Made by a program: the position numbers and the translations under genes. From positions 128,001 to 192,000 of the forward strand of contig JAVCBU010000003.1 of the NCBI GenBank assembly GCA_037917685.1: a DNA stretch of 64,000 nucleotides, given 5' to 3'. Source of the stretch: Thermoproteota archaeon (GTDB lineage: Archaea > Korarchaeota > Korarchaeia > Korarchaeales > JAOZGB01). Below, piece by piece: positions 39,332 to 50,400 of the stretch. Under the pieces are notes generated by a model, which was not told where the DNA came from, made no database searches, and saw nothing but the letters and a program-made list of their open reading frames with translations. How positions within the stretch are numbered: the stretch's first letter is position 1; the number at the start of each line of letters is the position of its first letter.

Positions 39332-39544
39332 CAACATTCTTCCCACCTTTTATTCTTTCATTGTAAGCCGGAGGATGAAAGTCGACATGGGAACTAGTAA
39401 TTGAGGAATAGCTGGCTTTTAGGAGTCGATAGGGCCTATGAAATAGCAGAAATTGACGGGAAACCTTGCAGACTATGGTTAAAATACCAAAGCTTAGACG
39501 TCCGGTTCCGCGGTTAGAGTATTGTTAGAAAATAGCATGGACGG

Positions 39545-39979
39545 TTAGATTTGTCTTCCCCGTTTGCATATAATCCATCCATGCTTGAATCTTTTTATGA
39601 TGTTTGTCTTCTTCATTTTCATGAATATCTCACGCATTTCCACTACTGTTCCATCGTCGTATAGGATTATTCCGTCGTCCATTGCGTAAAGCGCTGTTGG
39701 ATGTGTGTGTTTAAGCATTCTCCTAAACTCTCTCGGTGTATATGCAAGGCATTCTATTGGAGCTGTAGTGTCGTTAAGCTCAGCCATCACCTTAAGTCTC
39801 TCATCTAGGCTTTCAGGTAGATTCTTAGCTATAACGATAATGTCTATGTCACTTCCAACCCCATAGTCTCCCCTGGCCATGGACCCGTATAGGATGATGG
39901 TGTTAGGCTTAAACGAGGCGACGATCTTTCCTATAAACCTTTCAATGTCCTCTTTATGCGGTATGTTGGGAATCTTCAA
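39545..39979 (-). CDS. Minimal nucleotidyltransferase (MNT)
   Basis: ILYGSMARGD...SDIDIIVI, YTPREF. Confidence 0.9.
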   Translation of the reverse strand: MKIPNIPHKEDIERFIGKIVASFKPNTIILYGSMARGDYGVGSDIDIIVIAKNLPESLDERLKVMAELNDTTAPIECLAYTPREFRRMLKHTHPTALYAMDDGIILYDDGTVVEMREIFMKMKKTNIIKRFKHGWIICKRGRQI

Positions 39980-40010
39980 TAGTAGCCACCTTACTCTTCA
40001 CAAACTGCGT

Positions 40011-40600
40011 TTACATACCTGGTTGGGATAGCTGGCTGACTAGCTCTGTTACATCTTTCTCAATTATACTACGAGGTGCGTCATACTCATCTACAAGCTT
40101 TACTATCGCCTCGTCGAAAGATAATCCGCTGAGCACGTATTCAACCGCCTTAGCAGCAGTCTCATTAAAGTATCTCTCCCAGAATAGGTTCCTTTTAGAA
40201 CCCCTTTAATGTGGAAGTCATCCGCAACCGTATTTTCCCTTCTAAAAATAGGTGGGGAGGGTTCAATATCGCCACCTGATCGTTGCGTGTATATCAGCGG
40301 ACAGAGAATTCCACCTCACAATAGGTTGTATTACAGCAGATTTGCTACAGTATGCACAGCCTCCTATATCTCTTGTAGGGAACCTCGCAGCCGAAGGCTT
40401 TACCAATTTCCGCTTCATAGTAATCATACATATAACTAGTCAAGATATATGTTTCCATATGTCATATACACGCCTATACAAGGTTCTGTTAGAGGCCTAT
40501 CGTATCCGGGGGACTTTACATGTGAAGCATGGAATTATTACAGCCTCCCCATGCTTAGGACAGGCAGTTTTCCGCTTGTTCTCATCTTCCGTAATTCTTT
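40011..40600 (-). pseudogene. Decayed gene with C-terminal PqqD/RRE-like domain and Cys-rich SPASM-like fragments
   Basis: 40011-40180 reads YFNETAAKAVEYVLSGLSFDEAIVKLVDEYDAPRSIIEKDVTELVSQL; upstream fragments IPCF, VYDIWK, GCAYC, GGILCP in shifting frames. Confidence 0.6.
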
Positions 40601-40714
40601 GGTCCTAGTCAAATGGTCTCCCACGCTTCTAGGCGAGTGGCACTCAGCTCTTCAGCTTTCAGTATATAATCATTTTATCATTCCAAAGCAGAGTTATATG
40701 GTTTGGTGGGTGGG

Positions 40715-41596
40715 GTGAATTTCAAACTCGCCGTTAGCCTCCTTTTAAACATCATACTCCTCTCCACCCTGCTTAATCTCTACATCGTGAACCAGAGACT
40801 GAAAGCAGATGTTGAACTAGTAGCCGAGCAGAACCGGAATCTTTCGATGGAGGTTGACAGACTTATGAAGCAGGTTGAAATATTGAATCTAAAGATAAAA
40901 TACTACGAGGACATAGCCAAGCAGGGAAACGCCTTTGTACCATACGGGGAAGTCGTAGGCTCATCAGAGATGTACGTCTCAGCCGTTAGGACGGTATCCT
41001 ACGGCTTCTTCAACTATGAATACGAAGGTGTAATACTTATACTTAAAGTGGAGCTGAGGGAGGGTGAAGGCCGAGTACTCGTGAACACGAAGCCAAAGAT
41101 AGGGATAGAACTCCAAGCGAGCGCTGAAGAAGCATTCCTCGCCGCGGAGAAATATCTAGCTGTAAACCTGTCCAGCTACGATGTGATCATTACCATAGAG
41201 GCAGGTGAGCCTGTTGAAATAGTAGACGGCCCAAGCATAGGCTCAGCAATAGCTGTGTCCATAGTCTCAGCATACACCGGGAAACCAGTACGGGGAAATG
41301 CCATTGTAACCGGAACAATCAGCAGGGACGGGCGTATAGGTCCAGTAGGCGGAGTCGCGGAGAAAGCCATTGCAGCAGCGGAGCAAGGCATGGAACTATT
41401 CATCGTCCCAAGAGGCCAAGAGTACGTTACAATCTCAGTCCCCAGAACATATAAGGCAGGCCCAGGCATAACCATAACATACTACGAGTACAGACAGGTC
41501 TCCCTCCAAGAATACATTCTAAGCCACGGCTACAACATGACTGTAACATCAGTTTCAACCCTATCAGAGCTTGTAGAACTATTAATAAGCGGATAA
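40715..41596 (+). CDS. Membrane-anchored Lon-like (S16) serine protease without ATPase domain
   Basis: N-terminal TM and coiled coil; VDGPS, TGTI..DGRIGPVGGVAEK Ser-Lys dyad. Confidence 0.88.
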   Translation: MNFKLAVSLLLNIILLSTLLNLYIVNQRLKADVELVAEQNRNLSMEVDRLMKQVEILNLKIKYYEDIAKQGNAFVPYGEVVGSSEMYVSAVRTVSYGFFNYEYEGVILILKVELREGEGRVLVNTKPKIGIELQASAEEAFLAAEKYLAVNLSSYDVIITIEAGEPVEIVDGPSIGSAIAVSIVSAYTGKPVRGNAIVTGTISRDGRIGPVGGVAEKAIAAAEQGMELFIVPRGQEYVTISVPRTYKAGPGITITYYEYRQVSLQEYILSHGYNMTVTSVSTLSELVELLISG

Positions 41597-41604
41597 CAAA
41601 ATCC

Positions 41605-41644
41605 AACCTTAACAAACTCATACATCCATGAGTTTGTTAAGGTT
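41605..41644. repeat. 17-bp perfect inverted repeat, 6-nt loop
   Basis: AACCTTAACAAACTCAT-ACATCC-ATGAGTTTGTTAAGGTT. Confidence 0.9.
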
Positions 41645-41658
41645 ATTGAGGTGTTTGT

Positions 41659-41719
41659 TATTGACACTCCCAATCTCCAGGACAAAACCTCCCGACTTTA
41701 GTCGTGGGGAGTGTCAATA
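41659..41719 (-). mobile_element. Miniature non-autonomous IS200/IS605-like remnant
   Basis: 13-bp IR TATTGACACTCCC/GGGAGTGTCAATA; minus strand TTGAC then hairpin CCCCACGACTAAAGTCGGGAG, ending TCAA. Confidence 0.7.
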
Positions 41720-41865
41720 TAAGTTTCTTCGTGTAGTCTCACCTTAAAATCTCTCAGTAGCTCATATACACGTCTAAACATGTAACTTTCAAACACGCTT
41801 TCACCCGCTAGGGTGGCTCCCCAGTCGAAGAAGATCCACTTCAAAATAGAAAGTCTTGAGATCAT
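41698..41865 (-). pseudogene. HAD-hydrolase 5' fragment running into the IS remnant
   Basis: KWIFFDWGATL resembles HAD motif I; the frame stops inside the element hairpin. Confidence 0.6.
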
Positions 41866-41929
41866 TCAATGTACCAAATACTTCTTTACTTTCTTTAATA
41901 TTCAAATTCATAGGCTTGTACTGTGCTCC

Positions 41930-42193
41930 CTACGTAGGTTTACCTTTCCTTTTCAGCTCTTCTTCCATTACTACTATTTTTATCTCTCTAATTCTCTTTA
42001 GTTTTCGATCGTTTGTTACGAACGCGTCGGCATTCTCACCCAGGGACGCCCCTACTTGCAGGGCGTCGGGTGGCCTAATATCGTATTTGGCCCTGAGTTC
42101 TGCTGCCTTCTCAGCCACTTCAGTGTCTATAGGCCTTATCTTCAGGTTTGGGATGAGGAGTACATAGTTTAAGCCGTTCAGCAGCTGCTCCAC
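41930..42193 (-). pseudogene. PIN toxin, 5'-truncated
   Basis: AAELRAKYDIRPPDALQVGA..FVTNDRKL; first acidic motif missing. Confidence 0.75.
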
Positions 42194-42353
42194 ATAGAGA
42201 CGTCATGGCCAAGTCGAAGTCATAGTCCTCGGTAGCCCCAAAGCCTTCCCTTATGATTTAGAAATTTGAACTTCCAGGCTCCAGCCCTATGTTCATAGTG
42301 AGCTGCCTGCCCTTTTCTCTTCCATTTTAATCGTTGACAAGTTGCCTCAGTTT

Positions 42354-42384
42354 GATGTAAGATGTAAGACGTAAGATTTATATT
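42354..42384 (+). promoter_or_regulatory. Three tandem heptamers abutting a TATA box upstream of a TA operon
   Basis: GATGTAA GATGTAA GACGTAA then TTTATATT. Confidence 0.5.
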
Positions 42385-42415
42385 TTCGGGTTTCTTCTAG
42401 CTATAGGGGGCTTTC

Positions 42416-42679
42416 TTGGTTGAGTATAAGGGTAGGGTTTCAAGTAAGGGTCAGATAGTTATCCCTAAGGAGCTTAGGGAGAGGTATGGGTTTAGACGGG
42501 GTGTTGAAGTGGTGTTTAGGCCGTATGGGAAGTATAAAATTATTATTGAGCGTCAGCCCACGTTAAGTGAGCTTTTCGGATTCCTCGGAGATGCTAGGGC
42601 TACCAGAGTACTGGATGAGGAGAGGGGTAAGGAGGCTGAGTCTGAGGCTGAGAGGGAGGAAGAGCTGGTGAACCCGTGA
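42416..42679 (+). CDS. AbrB/MazE-family antitoxin
   Basis: VSSKGQIVIPKELRERYG; acidic tail. Confidence 0.9.
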   Translation: MVEYKGRVSSKGQIVIPKELRERYGFRRGVEVVFRPYGKYKIIIERQPTLSELFGFLGDARATRVLDEERGKEAESEAEREEELVNP

Positions 42680-43146
42680 TGAACAGGCTTGTCTTCGACA
42701 CAGGCCCGTTCCTCCTGCTCTTCACCAGAGAAGAGGGATCTGAAACTGCAAGAAATATGGTTTTGATGCATGAGAGGGGACACCTGGAAATATACATGCA
42801 CCCAAACAATCTTGCTGAAGCATATAGGGTTATAGGTAGAATTAGAAGTGAACAGTCTAGCCTGCTGATCAGGGATATCACCCCTGATGAAGTTGTGAGA
42901 TCTGCCTATGCAACCCTAAAGGTGGTAAGCAACGTTGAGACGACCCTAGCCTTAGGCTTTCTAAAACACAAGTATAGCTCAAAGCCGTGGGGAGACCTCT
43001 CATCGGCAGCCCTATCAATAAGCCTGTCAAAAAGGGGAGTGAATGCCCCAGTAGTTATCCTAGACAGGGAAAAACATTTTGAAGACATAGAAGAAGTGGA
43101 GGCAGTTAAAATATCCAAGTTACCCAAGGTTATACCCACCCAGTAG
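42676..43146 (+). CDS. PIN-domain (VapC-like) toxin
   Basis: LVFDTGPF, NLAEAY, WGD, DREKHF; overlaps the antitoxin. Confidence 0.8.
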   Translation: MMNRLVFDTGPFLLLFTREEGSETARNMVLMHERGHLEIYMHPNNLAEAYRVIGRIRSEQSSLLIRDITPDEVVRSAYATLKVVSNVETTLALGFLKHKYSSKPWGDLSSAALSISLSKRGVNAPVVILDREKHFEDIEEVEAVKISKLPKVIPTQ

Positions 43147-43562
43147 TCATTCAAGAAGGAAGCAATGCCCGCAACAACATGTTATCCAGCAGCTTAATCT
43201 TATAGCTGGCCCGGCTTAGTTAAGATGCCGCCAGCAGGATGACATCCCATAAAAGTTACATAACACTCTTAGAAACATTTCAAGAAGGCGACTCTCAGAC
43301 TTTAAACTAACGCCACATTACAACCAGCTAGCTATAGCCGTCAAACTACAGTCAAGCTTTAGAAGGGAGGCATGGATTCACACGGTTAGTCCAGCCTAGG
43401 CTGTCCTCATCAAGAGATATACGAAATAAAATGTTTATTTTATCCTTTCAAACTTACAGAGGCGGGGGTTTAAGATCCCCGGAGACCGTTGGATTCTACA
43501 ATTTCCCACAGGGCGGAAAGAGAATCAAATGTTTAAATATTTCGCTTCCTAAACTAGACTTG

Positions 43563-44579
43563 ATGCGTGTAAGCAAAGTACTAATACTGTTTCTTATGTT
43601 CCTAGTCCTAGCAGCCTTCATATTAGTAACCTGGAGAAAGAGGAGTAAAGGCATATCAGAGAATCTAGCAGGCAAGGTACTCTGTAACATTGTCTATAAT
43701 ACTGTGGACGGTGTAAATCTGAGGCTGGACATATATTACCCTGAAGATATTGGAAGCCAGCCTCTGCCAGCCGTTGTCTATGTACATGGAGGGGCATGGG
43801 TCTCAGGAAGCAAGGAGGGGGGTTCCGGGATGCGTGACCTCCACGCTCTTGTGGAGAACGGCTTTATAGGAGTATCCGTAGATTACAGGCTTGCTCCTGA
43901 ATATGGGTTTCCAGCCCAGATAGAAGATGTTAAATGTGCGATAAGATTTCTAAGGGAGAATGCTGAGAAATACCATGTTGACCCGGATAGGATAGGTATC
44001 ATGGGTACAAGCGCCGGGGGGCACCTTGCAGCGCTCGCCGGGCTCGCTGACGAGTCCTGCGGCTTTGATGTTGGGCCTTACCTGGAGCAGTCGAGCAGAG
44101 TACAGGCTGTAGTTGACATGTTCGGCCCAGCAGATCTCACAGTGGTGCCAGAGGACAAGAGGGAGCTGATAATAGGGGTTTTCAAATCCGTAGACCCGGA
44201 GACGCTTGCCTGGGCCAGCCCTATCACCTACATTTCACCGGATGACCCCCCATTCCTGATAATCCACGGGGAAAACGACCGTGTGGTCGATGTTAACCAG
44301 TCAATCAGGCTTTATGAAGCTTTAAGACAGGCAGGCGTGGAGGTAACTCTGGTCATCGTCAAAAAAGCCGGACACGGTCTCAAGCCCTCAGGTGGAACCC
44401 CAGAACCAAGTCGTAGCGAGGTAACAGCTTTAATAGTTAAATTCTTCGCTGAAAAACTTAGCCTCCGACATAGATCACAACTATACTCGATTTTCGGCAG
44501 CCTTCACCCAGTGAAAGTATTGAATGCCCAATTTAATCTGTGCGAGACGCCTGTAAAGCGGTATGCAATGATACCTTAG
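43563..44579 (+). CDS. Membrane-anchored alpha/beta hydrolase (esterase/lipase)
   Basis: [29 protein letters not shown]; N-terminal TM. Confidence 0.92.
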   Translation: MRVSKVLILFLMFLVLAAFILVTWRKRSKGISENLAGKVLCNIVYNTVDGVNLRLDIYYPEDIGSQPLPAVVYVHGGAWVSGSKEGGSGMRDLHALVENGFIGVSVDYRLAPEYGFPAQIEDVKCAIRFLRENAEKYHVDPDRIGIMGTSAGGHLAALAGLADESCGFDVGPYLEQSSRVQAVVDMFGPADLTVVPEDKRELIIGVFKSVDPETLAWASPITYISPDDPPFLIIHGENDRVVDVNQSIRLYEALRQAGVEVTLVIVKKAGHGLKPSGGTPEPSRSEVTALIVKFFAEKLSLRHRSQLYSIFGSLHPVKVLNAQFNLCETPVKRYAMIP

Positions 44580-44940
44580 AGCTGAACAAGCATATTTCAG
44601 ATCCTGGCTTGTGTGCCATCATACGCTCTTGAATAGGCCCTATAACAGCATCCCTACAGGTGGACAGTTCTCCAAGGGTCTCCCTTTCTGGGAGAATGCA
44701 TCCCTCTACCTCCAAGTATACGGTTACATCACCGATCAGCTTAGCATATTTTCCTCTCACTGCTAACGATATTTCTTTTGGTTCTTCAAATTGTTCATAC
44801 CCTATTTTCTCAGCGAACTCCCTGTTAAAGTAGCTTCTGTAAAGCTTATATTCTTTTTTACGCGTCCCCGAAACGTCTCTAACGGTAAGCGAGAATGGAA
44901 CCTCAAAAAACTTTCTTAAAGCATCATCCTTAATAGTTTC
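44533..44940 (-). pseudogene. Decayed gene, possibly retropepsin-like aspartyl protease
   Basis: RSYFNREFAEKIG...VTVYLEVEG...DAVIG; no intact DTG motif or clear start. Confidence 0.3.
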
Positions 44941-45127
44941 TATGTCCCGAAGAAATCAGGTATCTCTACATCAACTCCTTCGAGCTTAAACGCTACCATT
45001 TCTCGATCTATCTTAGATTTCAACCCTCTCCAAGCTGAAAGTAGGACATTAGGGTTTATAACGACAAGCTTTATGCAGATATAACAACAAGTTTTAAATA
45101 TGACATATAGTTACTGTTATCGATGAT

Positions 45128-46855
45128 ATGAACCCTGAATGCTTTTTACGTGTCCTCCCCCTGTTCCTAGCCATGCTGATCCTGTATACACCTGCTTACA
45201 CGGTTGTTTCCCCTCCAAGCCTGCTTGTTTTGGCAAATTCGGTCGACTACAGCCTTGCTGGGGGCTTGTTCGACTACCTCGAGGCTGAGGGAGTTAACTA
45301 TACCCTGATCCAGCTCCCTGGGGACGAGTTGAACCCTGAATGCTTGGATGAGGACATGGCAAGATTTGACGAGGTTAAGGCGGGCTACAGAGTGATCCTG
45401 ATACTCGGGGGCCACAAAGCATACGGGTGTGTCGGGTTTATAGTTGGTGGCATTCTGAATGAGAGTGAGAAGCGAACACTGGAGCGGGAGGGAAGCGTCG
45501 CCGTTTTCGTCAAGAGGGACGTCTGGGCTGAGGGGCAGACCGTGCTTGTAGCCGCGGGTAACACTAGAAATGAGACGTGCGAGGCCCACCTTTACTGCAG
45601 AGAGATGGTCAGGGACATAGTTAAGTATACGTTGCTGTACGTGATACCCCATGACCTTGACGGATACCCTGATCCATACAGTGTCTGGGAGCCCCCTGGC
45701 TCAGACTTCAATAATGTAACGGTGCCTGGTGGGTACTCTTCAAGGGTATGGCTTATAGAGGGCGAAACCTTCGTAGTTGCAGCAGTATTGGACATGGGAA
45801 CAGAAGACAAGGCTATAGGTGCGTACAGGAATCTCTCCAGAGGCCACAACGAGACCTCAATAGACATCGGAGAAGAGGGATTCTACGACGAGGAGAACAG
45901 CAGCCTCGGAACGGTAGGCTTCAGACTCGTAGGATTCAGAAGAGGGAGATGCGTGGCGATAGTCGGCGGAGGAATACTCAGCAACACCTCAACTCCACCT
46001 TCAAGAAGCCTACTGACAGACCTAGCACGGAGAATCGACGACGAGCTTCAACACAACATACGATGTGTATTCGAAGGTGACATAGCCCTAATCCTATCAG
46101 TCCAAGCCGTGCCCCCAGTGAGACATGGCGGAGGCGAGCTACAGGCTCCGATAGGCGCGCCTGTCAAGGTTACGTCGAAAACAATAAAGGTGAATATGAT
46201 AGGTGCTGGCGCGAACCAGGGGAAAAGATACGTCGGCTACATAAAGCTAAGATTCAACGTATCAGAGATCGGACGGGCCATGGAGTGTCCCGAGGGATGC
46301 CCTTACCTTGAGGTAAGGGTTTACATCATGGAGATCCACATAGACAAGAAGGCCGACGATGGAGACGACAGGCTATTCAGAGACGGTTGCGACCCCATGA
46401 TAGGCGGGACAATAAACCTCTACTTCAAATGCCACGGCGAGTTACTTGAAGCGAAGCAGCTAAGGTTCGTGACAGCGCAACTCAGGGGGTTAGACGGCAA
46501 GGGACACACAATAACCGAATTCTATAACGGGAGAACCATGTACTCAATCCGAAAATACATCAATAAAACCACCGGATGCGCTGATGAGATAACTGTCACA
46601 TGCGACCTCCTTCTGAGAGACAGTGACGACGGCGATCTAGCCGACATCCTAAACGTTATAGTCAGCCTTGCTTTGAAGAAGGCAGGCGCAGGAAAGGCTG
46701 CTGGAGCCGTCCCAAAGCAAATAAATACACTGAAGAAAAAGGGCAGGGACACAACTGGGCCTAAGCCGTTCCAAATACTCAGAAGTATAAGTGGGAACGA
46801 CGTGGGGGAAGCCCACCTAGAGCAACCAACAAAAATATATCCTCCAGAGGAGTAG
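45128..46855 (+). CDS. Secreted multidomain hypothetical protein
   Basis: Signal peptide; N-terminal LANSVD...ILGGHKAY...VLVAAG cell-surface-type domain; Asp-rich C-terminal domain. Confidence 0.7.
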   Translation: MNPECFLRVLPLFLAMLILYTPAYTVVSPPSLLVLANSVDYSLAGGLFDYLEAEGVNYTLIQLPGDELNPECLDEDMARFDEVKAGYRVILILGGHKAYGCVGFIVGGILNESEKRTLEREGSVAVFVKRDVWAEGQTVLVAAGNTRNETCEAHLYCREMVRDIVKYTLLYVIPHDLDGYPDPYSVWEPPGSDFNNVTVPGGYSSRVWLIEGETFVVAAVLDMGTEDKAIGAYRNLSRGHNETSIDIGEEGFYDEENSSLGTVGFRLVGFRRGRCVAIVGGGILSNTSTPPSRSLLTDLARRIDDELQHNIRCVFEGDIALILSVQAVPPVRHGGGELQAPIGAPVKVTSKTIKVNMIGAGANQGKRYVGYIKLRFNVSEIGRAMECPEGCPYLEVRVYIMEIHIDKKADDGDDRLFRDGCDPMIGGTINLYFKCHGELLEAKQLRFVTAQLRGLDGKGHTITEFYNGRTMYSIRKYINKTTGCADEITVTCDLLLRDSDDGDLADILNVIVSLALKKAGAGKAAGAVPKQINTLKKKGRDTTGPKPFQILRSISGNDVGEAHLEQPTKIYPPEE

Positions 46856-46976
46856 GCATAGATCCAAACCATGCCCTACTCCCATTTTCTTTTACCTAAC
46901 ATGAAGAGAATAACATAAAAGCCCCGTATAGAACGCAGATGGCCTTGCAGAGCCGACTGTGTTCTCTATTACTTGG

Positions 46977-47111
46977 TTAGTTGGCCTTCCTGTAACACTC
47001 CTCGTGTATTATTTTAGCCAGTTCATCCGGGTTCTGGGTGAAGTAGTATGCTCTAGGCTGTGAGGAGCTGTATATCTCCATAACCCCGACCTTAAGCTCC
47101 CAGAGAGACAT
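46977..47111 (-). CDS. 44-aa small ORF or gene remnant
   Basis: GGTG-type RBS then MSLWELKVGVMEIYSSSQPRAYYFTQNPDELAKIIHEECYRKAN. Confidence 0.3.
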   Translation of the reverse strand: MSLWELKVGVMEIYSSSQPRAYYFTQNPDELAKIIHEECYRKAN

Positions 47112-47174
47112 GTTCACACCACTCCTCACCACGAGAGCCTATCAAGATCTACGACGTCAGTGACTGGCAGGGGG

Positions 47175-47340
47175 TCAATGGGATGCACCACAGACATACT
47201 TATATCTACACTGGCCACACCCGTCTTCAAGCAGTTCACGGTCTCTGAGTCTGTTCAGCACCTCCAAGTATCAATAAAATTTTCCAGCGACAAACCAAAG
47301 GTTGCCGAACACAGGTCCCCGCCTACACGGCCCCGCACCT
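47175..47340 (-). pseudogene. Radical SAM SPASM-domain remnant
   Basis: LNRLRDRELLEDGCGQCRYKYVCG preceded in other frames by CGA, GNL, ENFIDTW. Confidence 0.7.
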
Positions 47341-47460
47341 GTGAACCATTATTCCAGAGCCTGGGTTTTGAATCTGAGCTCCGGACATCCTCTCGACCCA
47401 ACAATTCTCAGTGATGGTTAATTTATCAACAGCGAGATATAGGTGTGGATTTCCCGGTGC

Positions 47461-50400
47461 TTACTGTGTCACCAGTATTGTTTGTGAACTGGTTTGATAT
47501 CTGTTCTCCGGGTTATAATAGTCCTGTACACTTGCCGGCGGCACTGTTGCCTTGAGAGGGTACTTGGCTTGGATTTTAAACTGGAATGTAAACGTTACAC
47601 CTGGCTTTATAGCCCCTGTTAGGAAGTCTATCCTTGTGGGGCTATGTACTTCGTATCTTTCGAGGTATGGGGATGTGCTTATAGCCTCTTCGAGTGAGGT
47701 AATGTTTACTGTGAAGCCTGGTGGGAGGCCTATTGTTATGAACAGCATGTTTATGGTTGGGAGTTGGCCTGTGATGCTTGGTATTCCGAGGTATGCCACG
47801 TAAACCTTTACCGTTACAGTTCCGCCCTGGCTTATCATGGTGCTGTCAAGCTCCCTCCTAATGATGAGAGGCTTGTCTGAGACTGTTATTCCAACAGGGT
47901 TCCCAACCGCTACAGGTCTTCCTTCTATGAGCGCCGCCGGCCCTGGGAAAATGTAGTCTCCTGGTATCAGGCCTGTAGCCTCGTATTCTATGACAGCCGT
48001 GCCTCCAGGCTCAACTGTGACATGGAAGGTTAAGACACCCTTGTCCAGCTGGCTGGGCGAGGTGTTTGATATGAAGCCTGCTGGTAGGGGGTCTCTTATC
48101 CGGAGTGTTAGAGTTCTATGCTCCCGGTTTGTCACGGTTAGCCTGACCTTTACGGGGACTCCTACCATTGTTACGGGTATGCCTGCGATGGTTTCAACAT
48201 GCTTCTCCACCGTTATCCTCCTTTCAACGCCTTCCCCAGCTATGCTTACCATGGCTGGGTTCGCCTCAGCCTTCAGGTTTCCCCCGTATCTCCCCTGGTA
48301 CAGGAGCATGTACTCCACGGTGGGGTTGATGGTGTAGGTTCCCTCCTCCTCCGCCTTGAAGTATAGGGTGACGGTTTCAGGCTCTCTTAGCTCTGTGATG
48401 TACCTTGTCCCACCCCCGAGAACCTGCAGGCCCATTGGGGGCCTAACTGTGACCCTCACCATCACAGGGGTGAGGTCTCCTCCCGGAGGGGTGACGGTAA
48501 CGTTTAACTGGAATATTTCCCCCCTTCTAGCCCTCTGGTTCAGCGGGGTTGCTAAGCATGTGACGTTGTCTCGCAGCCACTGCCTTACGACAAGCTGGTA
48601 CATGAATAGGCCTTTCCCCGTAAGCCTGATGGTTACATTGTTCATGCCTGTCCGTAGCCATGCTGCTATGGGGAATATTCTCTCAACGTCTGAGGTTTCG
48701 GGTGTTACATGTTCGCTGTACGCTAGGAGCCCGTTTACTGTTATGGTTATGGTTGCGTCTGCTTCAGCTACCCCCTTCCTCTCTGCAATCCTTACTAGGA
48801 GCTCTAGGAAGCCGCATGTGTCGCTTGTGGTTCTTATCCATCCTCCTGGGGATCTGTGCTTAACAAGCCAGTCCACTATTTTCCTAACCATGTCATGGTG
48901 TCCTCCAGCCATTACTAGGGCTATCCCGGCGTAGGCCGTGTTTTCGGTGTCGCCCGCGAAGCTGCTGCCCTTAGGAAAGTGTATTCCATATTCGTCTTCG
49001 ACGGCGAGGCTTAGAAGGCTGCTTACAGCCTTCTCCAGCGCCTGGTCGCCCTCCGGGACGTCTGCAAGCTTGAAGCATACTATCGAAAGTGCTAGGCCAT
49101 ACGAGTCTTCAATCCTGTCATGTAGAACTCTACTTCTAAGGTAGTTCAGTGCTTTCGCAACCTTTGGGTTTTCAGGTGGCACCCCCGACCTCAGTAAGCC
49201 CCTGAGTACGAAGCCTGTCATCACGAACTCGTCAGGCTTATAGGAGCCGTGCCCGTAGAACCCTACTGGCGGGAAGCTTCCATCCTGGTTCTGCTGCTCC
49301 ATTATCCATGCCTGAAGCCTTTCTACAACCCTGTCGTCAATGTCAAACCCGGCCTTTTCGGCTTCCCCAAACGTGTTCAGGATCCAAGCAGACATTCCAA
49401 GGTTGTCCTCGTCCGTTGCATACCAGCCCATGCCCCCCGACGGGTGCTGCCTCGAAACAAGGGTTTGGAGGCCTGTCTGAGCGTAGGCTTCCAGTTTAGC
49501 CCTTAACTCCGGTGTTAGCTTTCCCTCCCTGTCAAGGTAGTTTAGGATGAGGATGTCAGGTATGAGCCTTGAAGAAACCTGCTCGTTGCACCCTCCGGGG
49601 AATCCTATGAGGGCTTCTAGGCCGCCGATGAACATCGACTCGTAGCCTGGGGATATTCTTACAAAGGCTTCCGTGGCATTTCTAATTGCTTTTGGATGAA
49701 CGAGGAAGGCTTCTGAGACATCTGATTTTAGATCCCCGTTCCTATTGATCTCCATGGGGAGGCCGTTAGGCTCGACTTTAACCTGCCTTCTAACCGCGTC
49801 CAACCTGTCAGCCGCCTCAGCATAGACTGTCAAGTAGTGTAGGCCGGGCTCTAACGCCTTAATCCTCCAGTAGACACCCATCACAGAGTTGGCGGGAACG
49901 GTAACCCGCTTCCCCCCATCATCCAATAGTCTAAACCATTTTTCAGGCTTAATTCTCAGTGTAGCATTTAGCTCCCTTCCTGCATAGTTGTATACAGCTA
50001 CCCTTAGGGATATCTCATCGTCCTGGGTAAGCCTAAGCGGGATGTCCGGTTCCACGAAGAAGTCCTTGAAAACCCTTATGGATCCCTGCCCGACGGCTAT
50101 CCTCCCATCCTTTGTCGATGCTATGGCCTTCACACTCCAGGTGGTGATCGTATGTGCCATCACCAGGTTTACCTCTGCATGCCCGGATACCGGGAGGGAG
50201 GGGCTCCAGAACAGTGTTTCAGGGAAGAACCATCTAACCTCCTGGGCTGCTGATCCAGCTTCCCGGCTGCTCGCCTCCTCATATACTTCCTGGTCCCCAC
50301 CAGCTACCTCTGGAGCCACCCCCTTCCTAACAAACTCAGGACCCATCATGACCGGCCTTGGAACCCCCCATCTCTCGACAAGTATGCCTCCCCGAGGTCT

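Larger units (their letters stand above)
39312..40638 (+). repeat. 18-bp direct repeats bracketing a 1.3-kb segment
   Basis: CCACGCTTCTAGGCGAGT at 39312-39329 and 40621-40638, each preceded by AAATGG 4 nt upstream. Confidence 0.85.

Noticed and set aside
43455-43520. GC-rich stem with ACA triplets, possible H/ACA RNA
   Set aside because: No convincing K-turn or pseudouridylation pocket found by eye
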